A stretch of DNA of 64,000 bases, taken from Gammaproteobacteria bacterium. Lineage in GTDB: Bacteria; Pseudomonadota; Gammaproteobacteria; GRL18. Under the pieces are notes generated by a model. The model was not told where the DNA came from. It saw only the letters and a program-made list of their open reading frames with translations, and searched no databases. Of the stretch, positions 21,834-30,709 are shown piece after piece (the stretch's first letter is position 1; every line of letters begins with the position of its first letter). The stretch covers positions 23,987 through 87,986 of the forward strand of contig JAPHSW010000144.1 in the NCBI GenBank assembly GCA_026196615.1, written 5' to 3'. A program made the translations under genes and the position numbers.

Positions 21834-24593
21834 ATGAAACACTTAATAAAACAATTCGCAATTGGATTACTGATTACAGGCCTGGTTTCTCAGGTCCAGG
21901 CAACATCTAATGATAGTTCTACTAATGTTCCTGAAAAAGCAACAATTACTGTGATGTCTTTTTCTGATTTTGTTCCTGATAGAAGTGGATCACAACGTAT
22001 TGGTCTTCCAGATGTTCTTGCTGGACGCATTATTGAAAAATTAAGTAATAATAAAAGGTTTACTGTAGTTGAGCGAAAAGCATTGAGACGCACTATTTTG
22101 GAGCAGCGTTTTGAAAAAAAAATGGACAAAAATTATCTGGATAAAACACTGGATAAAGCTATAGAAACTATGCAACACAACTCCGGAAGTGAGGTCGCAG
22201 CAACTAGTGATTGGAGTAATTACAATGATGTGGTAAAAGATTTTCAGGATCTTGGCTCAACTGTTGGTGCAGATTTTATCGTTTTAGGGGATCTGGAACA
22301 ATTAAAGTTTACCGTCGATCAGAAAAAGGTGCCATACAGTAATAATGGTAAAATCGCAGTATCTAATCGAGTGGATGCACGTTTACGCTTAAGAGTAATT
22401 GATGCTAAAAATGGTACAATTGCTGGAGCTGCTAATATAAAAACCAAATTGTCTGAATTATTATTTAAGGGTAAGGAAAGTGATACTGATGAGTTTACTT
22501 TCTATGATCATCTCTCTTCTTTAGCTGCTGCAAAAATCCTTGATGTGACTTTCCCTGCACGAATTGTCAGTATTGAGCCCCTTATTATTTCACGAGGAAG
22601 TAATGATGGTGTCTCTAAAGGTGATCAATTCATAGTCGAGCATGAAGGTAAAGAAGTTCGAAATAGCAGTGGGCTATTATTGGCACGATTAAAAAATGAA
22701 GTAGGCCGTGTCACAGTTGTTAATGTTCAACAGACTATTGCAATAGTAGAACCTGTTTCTGGTAATGGATTTCAACTGAATGATCTAGCAGTAGTTGATG
22801 CACAAGCTTCTAATTTACAACCTGCCATTGCAACACAATCTACAGTACCACTTAAACAAAACAATTCTGTATCAAGAAAATCTGATTCAGTACCTAAAAT
22901 TCCCAGATTGGCTGTTGGACTTGTCAAAATGGGATCTACTGCACGTACTGGGGATGCACTCATTGGCCAAAATGCTCAAGAACACACTCCTATTTTTACA
23001 GATACAATGATTTCTCGGTTAACACAAACAAAGCGTTTTCAGCTGATTGATCGTCAGGAAGTTGATCAGTTGCTAGACGAGCAATATGCTCAGGCACTGG
23101 CAAAAAATCAAAATGTACCTTCTGCAATGGGGACACTGAAAGGAGCGGATTATCTTGTTTATGGTAACTTAGCCTCAATTAGTAATAAGGAAAAAGTAAC
23201 TAAACTACCTGGTTCTAATCGTATATTTAAACAACATCTAGGTCAGGCAAGTGGAAATATGCGTATTGTCGATGCTCGTAGTGGTGATGTCATTGAATCT
23301 CGTAAAATCTCTGTTGAGCAATCCATTGAACAAGGGGGTACTCAAAATGAAATGATAGACAAATTAGCTGATGCATATGCAGAGCAGGTCGTTCTCATGT
23401 TGATGAATGCCCTATATCCAATTAAAGCTGCTCATATTAGTAATGATGGCCAAATATATATTAACCGAGGTAATGATGGAGGTCTTTTCGTAGGAGAAGA
23501 ACTTGAAATTTTTAAATCAGGTAAAAAAATTATTGATCCTGATACGGGGGTAGAGTTGGGTGTTGAAGAAAGTTATATTGGTATGGTTTTAGTAACAGAA
23601 GTAGAAGATGCACGCAGTAAAGGTGAACAAATAGAAGGTTCTGGTATTACTCGGGGAGATTTGCTTAAAAGAACGGCTAAAAATAAAGCTAAACGAAATA
23701 GTGTTGCTTCACAAGAACGTCAAACCAGGCTAATACGAAGTGGAAGTCAAATAGGTAAAAAATCAAAAGAAAAATTACGTTCAACTTTGGCAATGGGAAG
23801 CATTAAGTTAAATCATTCAGCTCAACTTTTTAATGGCTTTAATCATGGGCATTTAGAGCGTATTTCTGATGATATTGTTATGGGATTGACCAATAGTAAA
23901 CGATTTGTACTCATGGAACGTGAGCAAGTTGATCAAGTTCTTGATGAAAAAACTTTTGAAACAATAACTTCTGGTGGTGATATACAATCCAGACTAACCG
24001 AACTGGTTGGCGCAGATTATTTAATTCATGGTGAGCTGAATAACTTCTATATAAATACTGAACGTAAAAAAGTCCCTTATATGGATGAAGTTCAAGTCAA
24101 TAATACAGCTAAACTTGAAGGTGTTTTTCGAATTGTCGATGTGCATACAGGAGCTATTATCTGCTCTGAAAAGGTCAATTTTAAAGAAAAAATAAAAGGT
24201 GAAACTGATCGAACTGAGATTATTAGTAAAATGATCACAAAATACAGTACACTATCTGTTGCAAAAATAGTTTCTCGTCTTTATCCAATAAAAGTAATGG
24301 GAACTTCGGCTGATGGTATTGTCTATCTCAATCGTGGAGCTGATTCTGGACTCAATATTGGTGAACAATTTACTGTTATGCGTCCAGGTCAAGCCTTGAT
24401 AGATCCTGATACTGGAGAGTCATTTGGTCATGCTGAGAGTAAAGTTGCAACAATTCAGGTTACTGAAGTTGAAGGGGCTCGTTCTCGTGCAAAACTTTTA
24501 TCAGGTTCTGATCCTGTTAGCGGTGACATTTTACGTAAATCCAGCAAGCCTATAAAAAAGAAGAAACAAAAAGTAATGCAACCTGCATGGTAA
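21834..24593 (+). CDS. Exported protein with three tandem copies of the CsgG-like + beta module unit
   Basis: The ATG at 21834 gives a signal peptide 'MKHLIKQFAIGLLITGLVSQVQA'; the track start is a TTG at 21795. Three modules each carry 'KRF.(V/L)..R..(L/V)....L(E/D)(E/Q)', 'GAD(F/Y)(I/L)..G.L' and 'R(V/I)(I/V)D...G.(I/V)', and each is followed by a beta module. Confidence 0.6.
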   Translation: MKHLIKQFAIGLLITGLVSQVQATSNDSSTNVPEKATITVMSFSDFVPDRSGSQRIGLPDVLAGRIIEKLSNNKRFTVVERKALRRTILEQRFEKKMDKNYLDKTLDKAIETMQHNSGSEVAATSDWSNYNDVVKDFQDLGSTVGADFIVLGDLEQLKFTVDQKKVPYSNNGKIAVSNRVDARLRLRVIDAKNGTIAGAANIKTKLSELLFKGKESDTDEFTFYDHLSSLAAAKILDVTFPARIVSIEPLIISRGSNDGVSKGDQFIVEHEGKEVRNSSGLLLARLKNEVGRVTVVNVQQTIAIVEPVSGNGFQLNDLAVVDAQASNLQPAIATQSTVPLKQNNSVSRKSDSVPKIPRLAVGLVKMGSTARTGDALIGQNAQEHTPIFTDTMISRLTQTKRFQLIDRQEVDQLLDEQYAQALAKNQNVPSAMGTLKGADYLVYGNLASISNKEKVTKLPGSNRIFKQHLGQASGNMRIVDARSGDVIESRKISVEQSIEQGGTQNEMIDKLADAYAEQVVLMLMNALYPIKAAHISNDGQIYINRGNDGGLFVGEELEIFKSGKKIIDPDTGVELGVEESYIGMVLVTEVEDARSKGEQIEGSGITRGDLLKRTAKNKAKRNSVASQERQTRLIRSGSQIGKKSKEKLRSTLAMGSIKLNHSAQLFNGFNHGHLERISDDIVMGLTNSKRFVLMEREQVDQVLDEKTFETITSGGDIQSRLTELVGADYLIHGELNNFYINTERKKVPYMDEVQVNNTAKLEGVFRIVDVHTGAIICSEKVNFKEKIKGETDRTEIISKMITKYSTLSVAKIVSRLYPIKVMGTSADGIVYLNRGADSGLNIGEQFTVMRPGQALIDPDTGESFGHAESKVATIQVTEVEGARSRAKLLSGSDPVSGDILRKSSKPIKKKKQKVMQPAW
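21936..24539 (+). repeat. Three protein-level tandem repeats (about 21936-22799, 22902-23672, 23778-24539) of a ~255-290-aa two-domain unit
   Basis: Boundaries come from a hand alignment of the translated sequence. Copies 2 and 3 share 'Y(I/L)NRG.D.GL..GE......G...IDPDTG(V/E)..G..ES......VTEVE.ARS'. Copy 1 is more diverged. Confidence 0.55.
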
Positions 24594-24649
24594 TGCAAAT
24601 TAATTTAACTCAGTTAAAAAATAATATTTAATTATAAAAAGTAGTAGAG

Positions 24650-26467
24650 ATGATAAGTAAAAAAATTATTGTGTTTGTCACAACTTTGAGTAGTAGTTTA
24701 TTGCAACAGAATATCTATGCTGATTTTAATTTATTTGAAAAGTTTGGAGAAGGATTAAAGCAATCGTTGACCGGACAATCTCAACAGCCACAAGCACCTG
24801 TTAAAACTCAACCTCAGCAAATCATTCCAACAGGTTCAGTCAGTAAAACTGTTAATGTTCGTTCAGGTCCTGGGACGAGTCATGGAAAAGTTGGAAGTGT
24901 TAATCAGACATCAATAATAAGAATAAAGCATATAGAAAATAACTGGGCACAGGTAGAAGCTGATACATCAAATGGCCAGGTTCAGGGGTGGATCTATAAG
25001 CCTCTACTAACAATTAATGGTACAGTTTCTGTTCCAGGTTCAGCAACAAACTCCGCAACAGCTTCTCAGTCAAGCGCTGGAACTCAGAATGTTTCATATG
25101 CTGGTTATTCTAAAGATTTTCAGACTGTAAAAAACATGATGTCCAGCGGAAATTTAAAGGGGATTGATAAATTCTTTACTGATCGTGAAGCTGAAGTTTT
25201 GAAGAAAAATCAGACAAAATGGCAGGCCATGGAAGAAATTGGTTTGTTACGTTGGATGGAACGCGGTACCTTGTATCTTGATGAAGGTAATATAGATAAA
25301 TCTGTCCGTGCATTTACAAATGCTGAAGATATTCTAAATGTACGACAAGAAGATTCTAAAATTTCTGACTTCTTTACTTCAATCACTTCTTTTGCTGCAG
25401 AAACCGTATCTGGTAATGAAGAATTTATGGAGTACCCCGGTGTTGGGTATGAAAAAGTTCTTATGCTTAATTATAAGTCAATTTCATTTTTACTTGATGG
25501 TCAGCGTAAAGCTTATAATGTTTCACGAAGAGCTATTGATTGGCAAAACATGGAAAAGGCAAAATTTCGAGATGAGATTGAGGCTATTGAAAAAGAAACA
25601 AAAGAACAAAAAGAAAGTTTGAAAACACAGTCGACTGATGATGAATGGAAGAAAAAATATAAAGCTTTAGACAAAATTGCTAATAAAGTCCCCAGTGCTT
25701 TTGTTAATCCTTTTGGCTATTATGTTACTGGTATGATACAGGAGTTTGAGAGCAAAAAGGATCCATCTTTAAAAGATAATGCTCGTATAGCTTATGAAAA
25801 AGCACTAGATCTTAATCCAAACAGCAGTGTTTTGAAGCAAGCTGTTAAAGATATGAAGAATAAGAAGAAATACGGTAGTAAACGACTATTGCATCTGGTT
25901 GTCGGTGATGGATTTGCTCCTGAGAAAAAAATGCTAACTTATAATATTCCCACTGACAATGGTGGTGTAATACCTATAAAACTCCCAATATATGAACCAG
26001 TGGCTTCAAAAGTTGCAAGAATAGAGTTACATACAACTGGAGGCAAAAGACTTGCGAGACTTTCATCAGTTGCAGATATTGAAGCTATAAGTTTAAGACA
26101 TCAGAAAGATTCGGAAGCATTTCGTTCCTTAAAAATGATTTTGGCAACAATTCGTGCAACTGGTGTGACTGCTGTTACGAGTCAATTTGGTTCTTTGGGT
26201 AATGAATTAGGAGCTTCACTTAATGATACTGCCGCACCCGATATGCGTTCCTGGATGAGTTTACCTGCAAACCTACAGGCAGCAAGGTTATATGTGAGTA
26301 AAAATATTAGTAAATTTAAAATTGTTAGTTTTGATTCAAAAGGTCGACGTTTAGCTTCTAAAACTATTTCACTTAATAGTAAGTCCGATTCTTTTATTTA
26401 TGCTCGTAGTGTAGATAAGCAATTATATGTTCATAGCTCAAAGTCATTGTGGACAGCGAGTAATTAA
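24650..26467 (+). CDS. Exported SH3b-domain protein with a large TPR-like/COG3014-like C-terminal region
   Basis: Signal peptide, then a Gln/Pro-rich linker, then bacterial SH3 'VNVRSGPGTSHGKVGSV...NNWAQVEA...GWIY'. The rest is helical and sits upstream of ycfL-like and lpoB-like genes, as COG3014 proteins do. Confidence 0.5.
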   Translation: MISKKIIVFVTTLSSSLLQQNIYADFNLFEKFGEGLKQSLTGQSQQPQAPVKTQPQQIIPTGSVSKTVNVRSGPGTSHGKVGSVNQTSIIRIKHIENNWAQVEADTSNGQVQGWIYKPLLTINGTVSVPGSATNSATASQSSAGTQNVSYAGYSKDFQTVKNMMSSGNLKGIDKFFTDREAEVLKKNQTKWQAMEEIGLLRWMERGTLYLDEGNIDKSVRAFTNAEDILNVRQEDSKISDFFTSITSFAAETVSGNEEFMEYPGVGYEKVLMLNYKSISFLLDGQRKAYNVSRRAIDWQNMEKAKFRDEIEAIEKETKEQKESLKTQSTDDEWKKKYKALDKIANKVPSAFVNPFGYYVTGMIQEFESKKDPSLKDNARIAYEKALDLNPNSSVLKQAVKDMKNKKKYGSKRLLHLVVGDGFAPEKKMLTYNIPTDNGGVIPIKLPIYEPVASKVARIELHTTGGKRLARLSSVADIEAISLRHQKDSEAFRSLKMILATIRATGVTAVTSQFGSLGNELGASLNDTAAPDMRSWMSLPANLQAARLYVSKNISKFKIVSFDSKGRRLASKTISLNSKSDSFIYARSVDKQLYVHSSKSLWTASN

Positions 26468-26493
26468 TTTTTTGAGAGGAAAGGTGAGTTAGT

Positions 26494-26961
26494 ATGAAAT
26501 TGAATTCAATCGCATCAAATTTTAAGTTATTTATTTTGATTACTTTGTTCTTCACATTAGTGGCTTGCAAGCCTGCAACGGTTGCAGAGCAACCTGGTTT
26601 TGTGGCACAAGATACTTTGGATGATACCCACCCTAGAGCGAGATTAGTTTTAGGTTCCGAAAAATTAGTAGGCAATATACGTATGGGTAATATACGTTTT
26701 CGAAAAGTAGGTTTATTTACTCAATCTCAAATTGGTATTCAAAATTTATCAAATGTTAGATATAACTTGGAATATAAAGTTGAATGGGAAGATGCTAGTG
26801 GTTTCATGCTTGATCAATCAGGTGTTTGGCAACGTTTTACTTTAGCACCTACTCAAATTGATACAGTAACAACAACGGGTAAAGTGAAAGATGCCTATAA
26901 AGTTGTCATAACTGTGAGACTTCCCGACGATCCATTTATCATTAATAGAGAAAAAAAATAA
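26494..26961 (+). CDS. YcfL-like (DUF1425) lipoprotein
   Basis: Lipobox 'TLVAC'. The 'YNLEYKVEWEDASGFMLDQSGVWQRFTLAP' pattern resembles YcfL 'Y.F.WyD..G'. Position is immediately upstream of the lpoB-like gene. Confidence 0.5.
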   Translation: MKLNSIASNFKLFILITLFFTLVACKPATVAEQPGFVAQDTLDDTHPRARLVLGSEKLVGNIRMGNIRFRKVGLFTQSQIGIQNLSNVRYNLEYKVEWEDASGFMLDQSGVWQRFTLAPTQIDTVTTTGKVKDAYKVVITVRLPDDPFIINREKK

Positions 26962-26979
26962 CTTAATCAGGAAATTTTT

Positions 26980-27516
26980 ATGAACTTAGCAAAAAAATCA
27001 ATTTTACTATCAATTCTTGCCGCGACAGTGGTAACAACTGGTTGTCAGTCTGTTCCTATGGGGCAGCAGTCAAATGTTGCTATGGTTGACCCAAAAGGGC
27101 GTGGTCATCTGCAAGCTCAACTTACTATGGCTGATTATGTTGCACTTGCTGAAAAAGTGACTAATAAAATGCTTGTTTCAAAATTGGTTCAGAAGTGGGG
27201 TAATAGAAAACCTAAGGTTATTGCCGCTACTCCCGTTAATAATACCGATAATGAAAGTGTTCGTATGAAAGACCTTCACGATAGAATTCAGGAAACGCTA
27301 TTTAATTCTGATGTGATGCGTGTTGTTGATAAATCGGCTACCAGTTTTGACTATATTATAAAAAGTGAATTGACCTCTACACGTCAATATGGAAAAGGTG
27401 GACAGGAATTGGTTCATTATACCTTACAGCTTAAAATGTTTACTCTGATGGGAGAGTTGAAAGGGCAGTGGTCAGATGATCTGGCGATGGCTAAATCAGA
27501 AAAAAGTATGTTTTAA
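26980..27516 (+). CDS. LpoB-family (COG3417) lipoprotein
   Basis: Lipobox 'VTTGC'. 'KVIAATPVNNTDNESVRMKDLHDRIQETLFNSDVMRVVD...YIIKSELT' follows the LpoB-domain pattern. Confidence 0.55.
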   Translation: MNLAKKSILLSILAATVVTTGCQSVPMGQQSNVAMVDPKGRGHLQAQLTMADYVALAEKVTNKMLVSKLVQKWGNRKPKVIAATPVNNTDNESVRMKDLHDRIQETLFNSDVMRVVDKSATSFDYIIKSELTSTRQYGKGGQELVHYTLQLKMFTLMGELKGQWSDDLAMAKSEKSMF

Positions 27517-27522
27517 TCGTTT

Positions 27523-27561
27523 TTCACCCTTTCCCTTGTTTTTAATAGGGGTGAGGGTGAA
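27523..27561. terminator. Hairpin between convergent genes (putative bidirectional terminator)
   Basis: TTCACCCTTTCCC (27523-27535) pairs with GGGGTGAGGGTGAA (27548-27561): 8 perfect bp plus a GGG/CCC extension. There is no clean U-tract. Confidence 0.45.
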
Positions 27562-27594
27562 ATTCAAAGAGCTGTTGTGATTTGTATAAAGATT

Positions 27595-28440
27595 TTAATT
27601 GAATAATTGTTGTGTTATTTCAATTTCTTCCATTACGACATCTTCAATTTCAACGACATCAGTTTCACCTGCTAAACCTAATTTACAGAAAGAGGGGATG
27701 ATATTCCAGTCTAATTGGGCATCAGGATGATCAGTTCCTTCCAAATTTTGTAGTTTTGCAACAATCACAACATCCACATAGTCAATCTGTTCACTATCGT
27801 AGCTGTAATTTGAATGTTCATGGGCTACTTTTATCAAATCATCAGGAAAGTGCCAACTTTTCATAATTGATGTGCCCACAGGACCTGATAAACGTGCAAG
27901 TAAAGATGAAAACACCTCTTCGTCTTGTACGAGTGCTGGAATTTCTTCTGCACGAGTTAAAATAGGAAGAGCACCAATGTTATGAACTAAGCCTGCTAAC
28001 ATGGCTTGATCGGGTTTGAGCTTGGTAAAGTGTTTGGCCATTGCGGAAGCAATTGATGCAACCTGAGTACTTTGTGTCCAAATTTCATCCATATATTTTT
28101 TGGTAATGGGATTTGAGGCTTTAAAAATTTGTTCCATGGCCATAGTGGTTACCATAGACTTGACGAGAGAGTGACCCATACGGGTTATGGCCTGCTCAAC
28201 AGTATCTGTTTTTTGTGACCCTCTTAGCAAAGGACTATTTGCAACCTGAATCATACGTGCAGATATGACAGGGTCGAGCACAATGACATCGGCTATTTGC
28301 TTTGCACTCGCATCTTCATCAGCAACAGCATCCCGCACCTTTAAGGCAACTTCTGGCAAAATTGGTAGAACCAGTTTTTGTTTTTCTAAATCATCCAGAA
28401 GCGCAATGTAAAATTTATCTTCAAGAACTTTATTACTCAA
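27595..28440 (-). CDS. HDOD domain protein
   Basis: 'LPILPEVALKVRDAVADEDASAKQIADVIVLDPVISARMIQVANSPLL' and 'AGLVHNIGALPIL' are HDOD signatures. Confidence 0.8.
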   Translation of the reverse strand: MSNKVLEDKFYIALLDDLEKQKLVLPILPEVALKVRDAVADEDASAKQIADVIVLDPVISARMIQVANSPLLRGSQKTDTVEQAITRMGHSLVKSMVTTMAMEQIFKASNPITKKYMDEIWTQSTQVASIASAMAKHFTKLKPDQAMLAGLVHNIGALPILTRAEEIPALVQDEEVFSSLLARLSGPVGTSIMKSWHFPDDLIKVAHEHSNYSYDSEQIDYVDVVIVAKLQNLEGTDHPDAQLDWNIIPSFCKLGLAGETDVVEIEDVVMEEIEITQQLFN

Positions 28441-28587
28441 AGGAAACCCTTTTATATTAAATTTTTAAGCATCTATTAATAGTAATAGCACGTTTCTATT
28501 TATAGCATAAAACAAGCTAAATTCAATAAAAAAAAGATGAGTAATATTTAATATATTTAGAATTTTTTATTAATTTTAAGAAGCTAC

Positions 28588-29640
28588 TCAAGAATTAGTC
28601 TCAATAGTATAGGGTAGTTCTTTGATACTCAGTGGAATCTTCATTGTCTCATCTAAAAAAATATCTTTGTTTTCAATTGCTTCTGTTGTAATAACAGCCA
28701 ATAAATCAACACCACCATCGAGTGATTTTTGTGCATCAACGATATTACCTGCACCCTGACCACTTTTACAGGAAGGCGAATGAAGATTATCTCCAGCCTT
28801 TGGTAAGTCTTTGGTCTCACAATGAGCACGATACATTTGTCGTTTTAATTTACCAAGATATTGCATTCTGGCGACAACTTCCTGACCTGTATAACAGCCT
28901 TTTTTAAAATTTATGCCATTGAGCACTTGTAGGTTAAGCATTTGCGGAATAAAAGCTTCTTTAGACGATTCATAAACATTTGGAATTCCATTGTGGATTT
29001 CGAGAAGTTTCCAATGACTTGTATTGACAACTTGAGCATCAGCTTGTAATTCTTTCCATAAATTCTGTATTTTATCTAGTGAACCAACACATTCAAATCT
29101 GGGGATATCTCCAGGCAGTCGGATCAATAATATATCATTACTGTCAGTCACCATATTGGTTTCAGTAGGTGGTGTGAATCCAAGCTTTTTAAGAGAACTA
29201 GTTGCCTGATGACCAAAAATACCAATTTTTATTAAGCTATTATTGGCATCTGTGAGCTCAACTTTACTCATCATGACAAACATTTGTAGACGTTTCAGTG
29301 TTTCTTGTTGCAGTGGTAGCGGTAATTGAAGGAAAAGTTTATCACCTTTTGAAAATATAGTTAATAAAGAACGTAAGCGTCCTTTGGGAGTACAAAGACC
29401 ACTCATATGAGAGAGAGATGAACTAATGGCATTGATATCATTAGTTAACTGCCCTTGTAAAAATGTTTTTCTATCATCTCCTCCCACTTCAATAAGCCCA
29501 AGATATGATAAATCCGTAAGAAAAAGATCACCTTGTAAAGATTTAATAGGTGAATCATCGTTGATATTAAAAGTGACTTCTTGATCGTTATTAAAGGTCG
29601 CTCCTAAGGAGCTAAGAAAGCTGAACCAATTATTTGACAT
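28588..29640 (-). CDS. ygfZ: Folate-binding Fe-S/tRNA-modification protein YgfZ
   Basis: 'KGCYTGQEVVARMQYLGKLKRQMY' is the YgfZ signature. The gene is divergent from sdhE as in E. coli. Confidence 0.85.
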   Translation of the reverse strand: MSNNWFSFLSSLGATFNNDQEVTFNINDDSPIKSLQGDLFLTDLSYLGLIEVGGDDRKTFLQGQLTNDINAISSSLSHMSGLCTPKGRLRSLLTIFSKGDKLFLQLPLPLQQETLKRLQMFVMMSKVELTDANNSLIKIGIFGHQATSSLKKLGFTPPTETNMVTDSNDILLIRLPGDIPRFECVGSLDKIQNLWKELQADAQVVNTSHWKLLEIHNGIPNVYESSKEAFIPQMLNLQVLNGINFKKGCYTGQEVVARMQYLGKLKRQMYRAHCETKDLPKAGDNLHSPSCKSGQGAGNIVDAQKSLDGGVDLLAVITTEAIENKDIFLDETMKIPLSIKELPYTIETNS

Positions 29641-29874
29641 AAGTTTGATCTACTCTAATTATGATATATGCTTTAAGTATATAATGTCGTTTAAGCTAAG
29701 AATCAAGTTTAATTTTATTAAGTAACATAATAAATATTTTGAGAGTTTGAATAGGCCTACATATTGTATTAGTATCGTAGTATTATTGAATTGTTTTAAA
29801 TCTTAGCCATAACTATTTGGTTCAAAGAAGTTTATAGGGAATATTGAGAAGTTTATCATGAAGAACATGCTATA

Positions 29875-30144
29875 ATGAGCGAAGAAAATTTACTGAATAA
29901 AAAAAGATTACAGTGGCAGTGCCGCCGTGGTATGTTAGAACTTGAATTGTTTTTAAATGATTTTCTAGAAGACAATTATGAGGATCTAAGTAACGATCAA
30001 AAGTTGTTATTTTCAGATTTATTAAACACCATTGATCCAGTTTTATTTGATTATCTTATGGGAACACAAGAGCCGGAAGATCATGGACTTAGGGATATTG
30101 TCCAAACAATTAGAGACGCTACCCGCAAGCGGGTTAACTCTTGA
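29875..30144 (+). CDS. sdhE: FAD assembly factor SdhE (YgfY/CptB)
   Basis: 89 aa with 'RLQWQCRRGMLELELFL', which includes the conserved RGxxE motif. Confidence 0.9.
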   Translation: MSEENLLNKKRLQWQCRRGMLELELFLNDFLEDNYEDLSNDQKLLFSDLLNTIDPVLFDYLMGTQEPEDHGLRDIVQTIRDATRKRVNS

Positions 30145-30673
30145 GCTAAATTGTGCTGCTTTATTTTGTAGAAACAGGCCTCAGAATCTTAATAATAAAT
30201 TCATTGGATTTAGCTATATACTAAGTCTGATCTATCTTTTACTCTTCTTTTTTCTGACAATTTCTCTATATTTGATACCAATAAACATTGACTACTATAT
30301 TATATTCACCGTGGTGATTATTTGGTATTGCCAACATATCTATAGGAAGCAATTTCTATTTAATGTTCCTTCTTCGGTTAAAAAAATAGTTTTTACTGAA
30401 TTGGGATGGTGTTATGTACAATTAAATAATTCTTATATATTTAAAGCTGATATTGCTAGTGATACGGTTTTGACAGAAAAATTGGTTATTCTCAACTTAG
30501 TTGAACGACGCTCTAATGATTCTGTTTCATCTCCTATACAGTTAATAGGTCATTCAATATTTTCAAAAAATCAATCAGTGCTATTAACTGCAGATAGGTT
30601 AGGATGTGATAAATTTCGAGAAATAAAACGTCATCTACGTTTTATCAGTTTTAATAAAACAGAGTCTGATTAA
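30083..30673 (+). CDS. ygfX: YgfX/CptA-like (DUF1434) inner-membrane protein; start uncertain
   Basis: It lies immediately downstream of sdhE and overlaps it. Two hydrophobic helices ('FIGFSYILSLIYLLLFFFLTISLYLI', 'YYIIFTVVIIWY') are followed by a soluble tail ending '...LLTADRLGCDKFREIKRHLRF', matching the YgfX architecture. Confidence 0.5.
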   Translation: MDLGILSKQLETLPASGLTLELNCAALFCRNRPQNLNNKFIGFSYILSLIYLLLFFFLTISLYLIPINIDYYIIFTVVIIWYCQHIYRKQFLFNVPSSVKKIVFTELGWCYVQLNNSYIFKADIASDTVLTEKLVILNLVERRSNDSVSSPIQLIGHSIFSKNQSVLLTADRLGCDKFREIKRHLRFISFNKTESD

Positions 30674-30709
30674 AAAACTAGTCAGCAATAATATGATTGT
30701 ATAAAAAGC

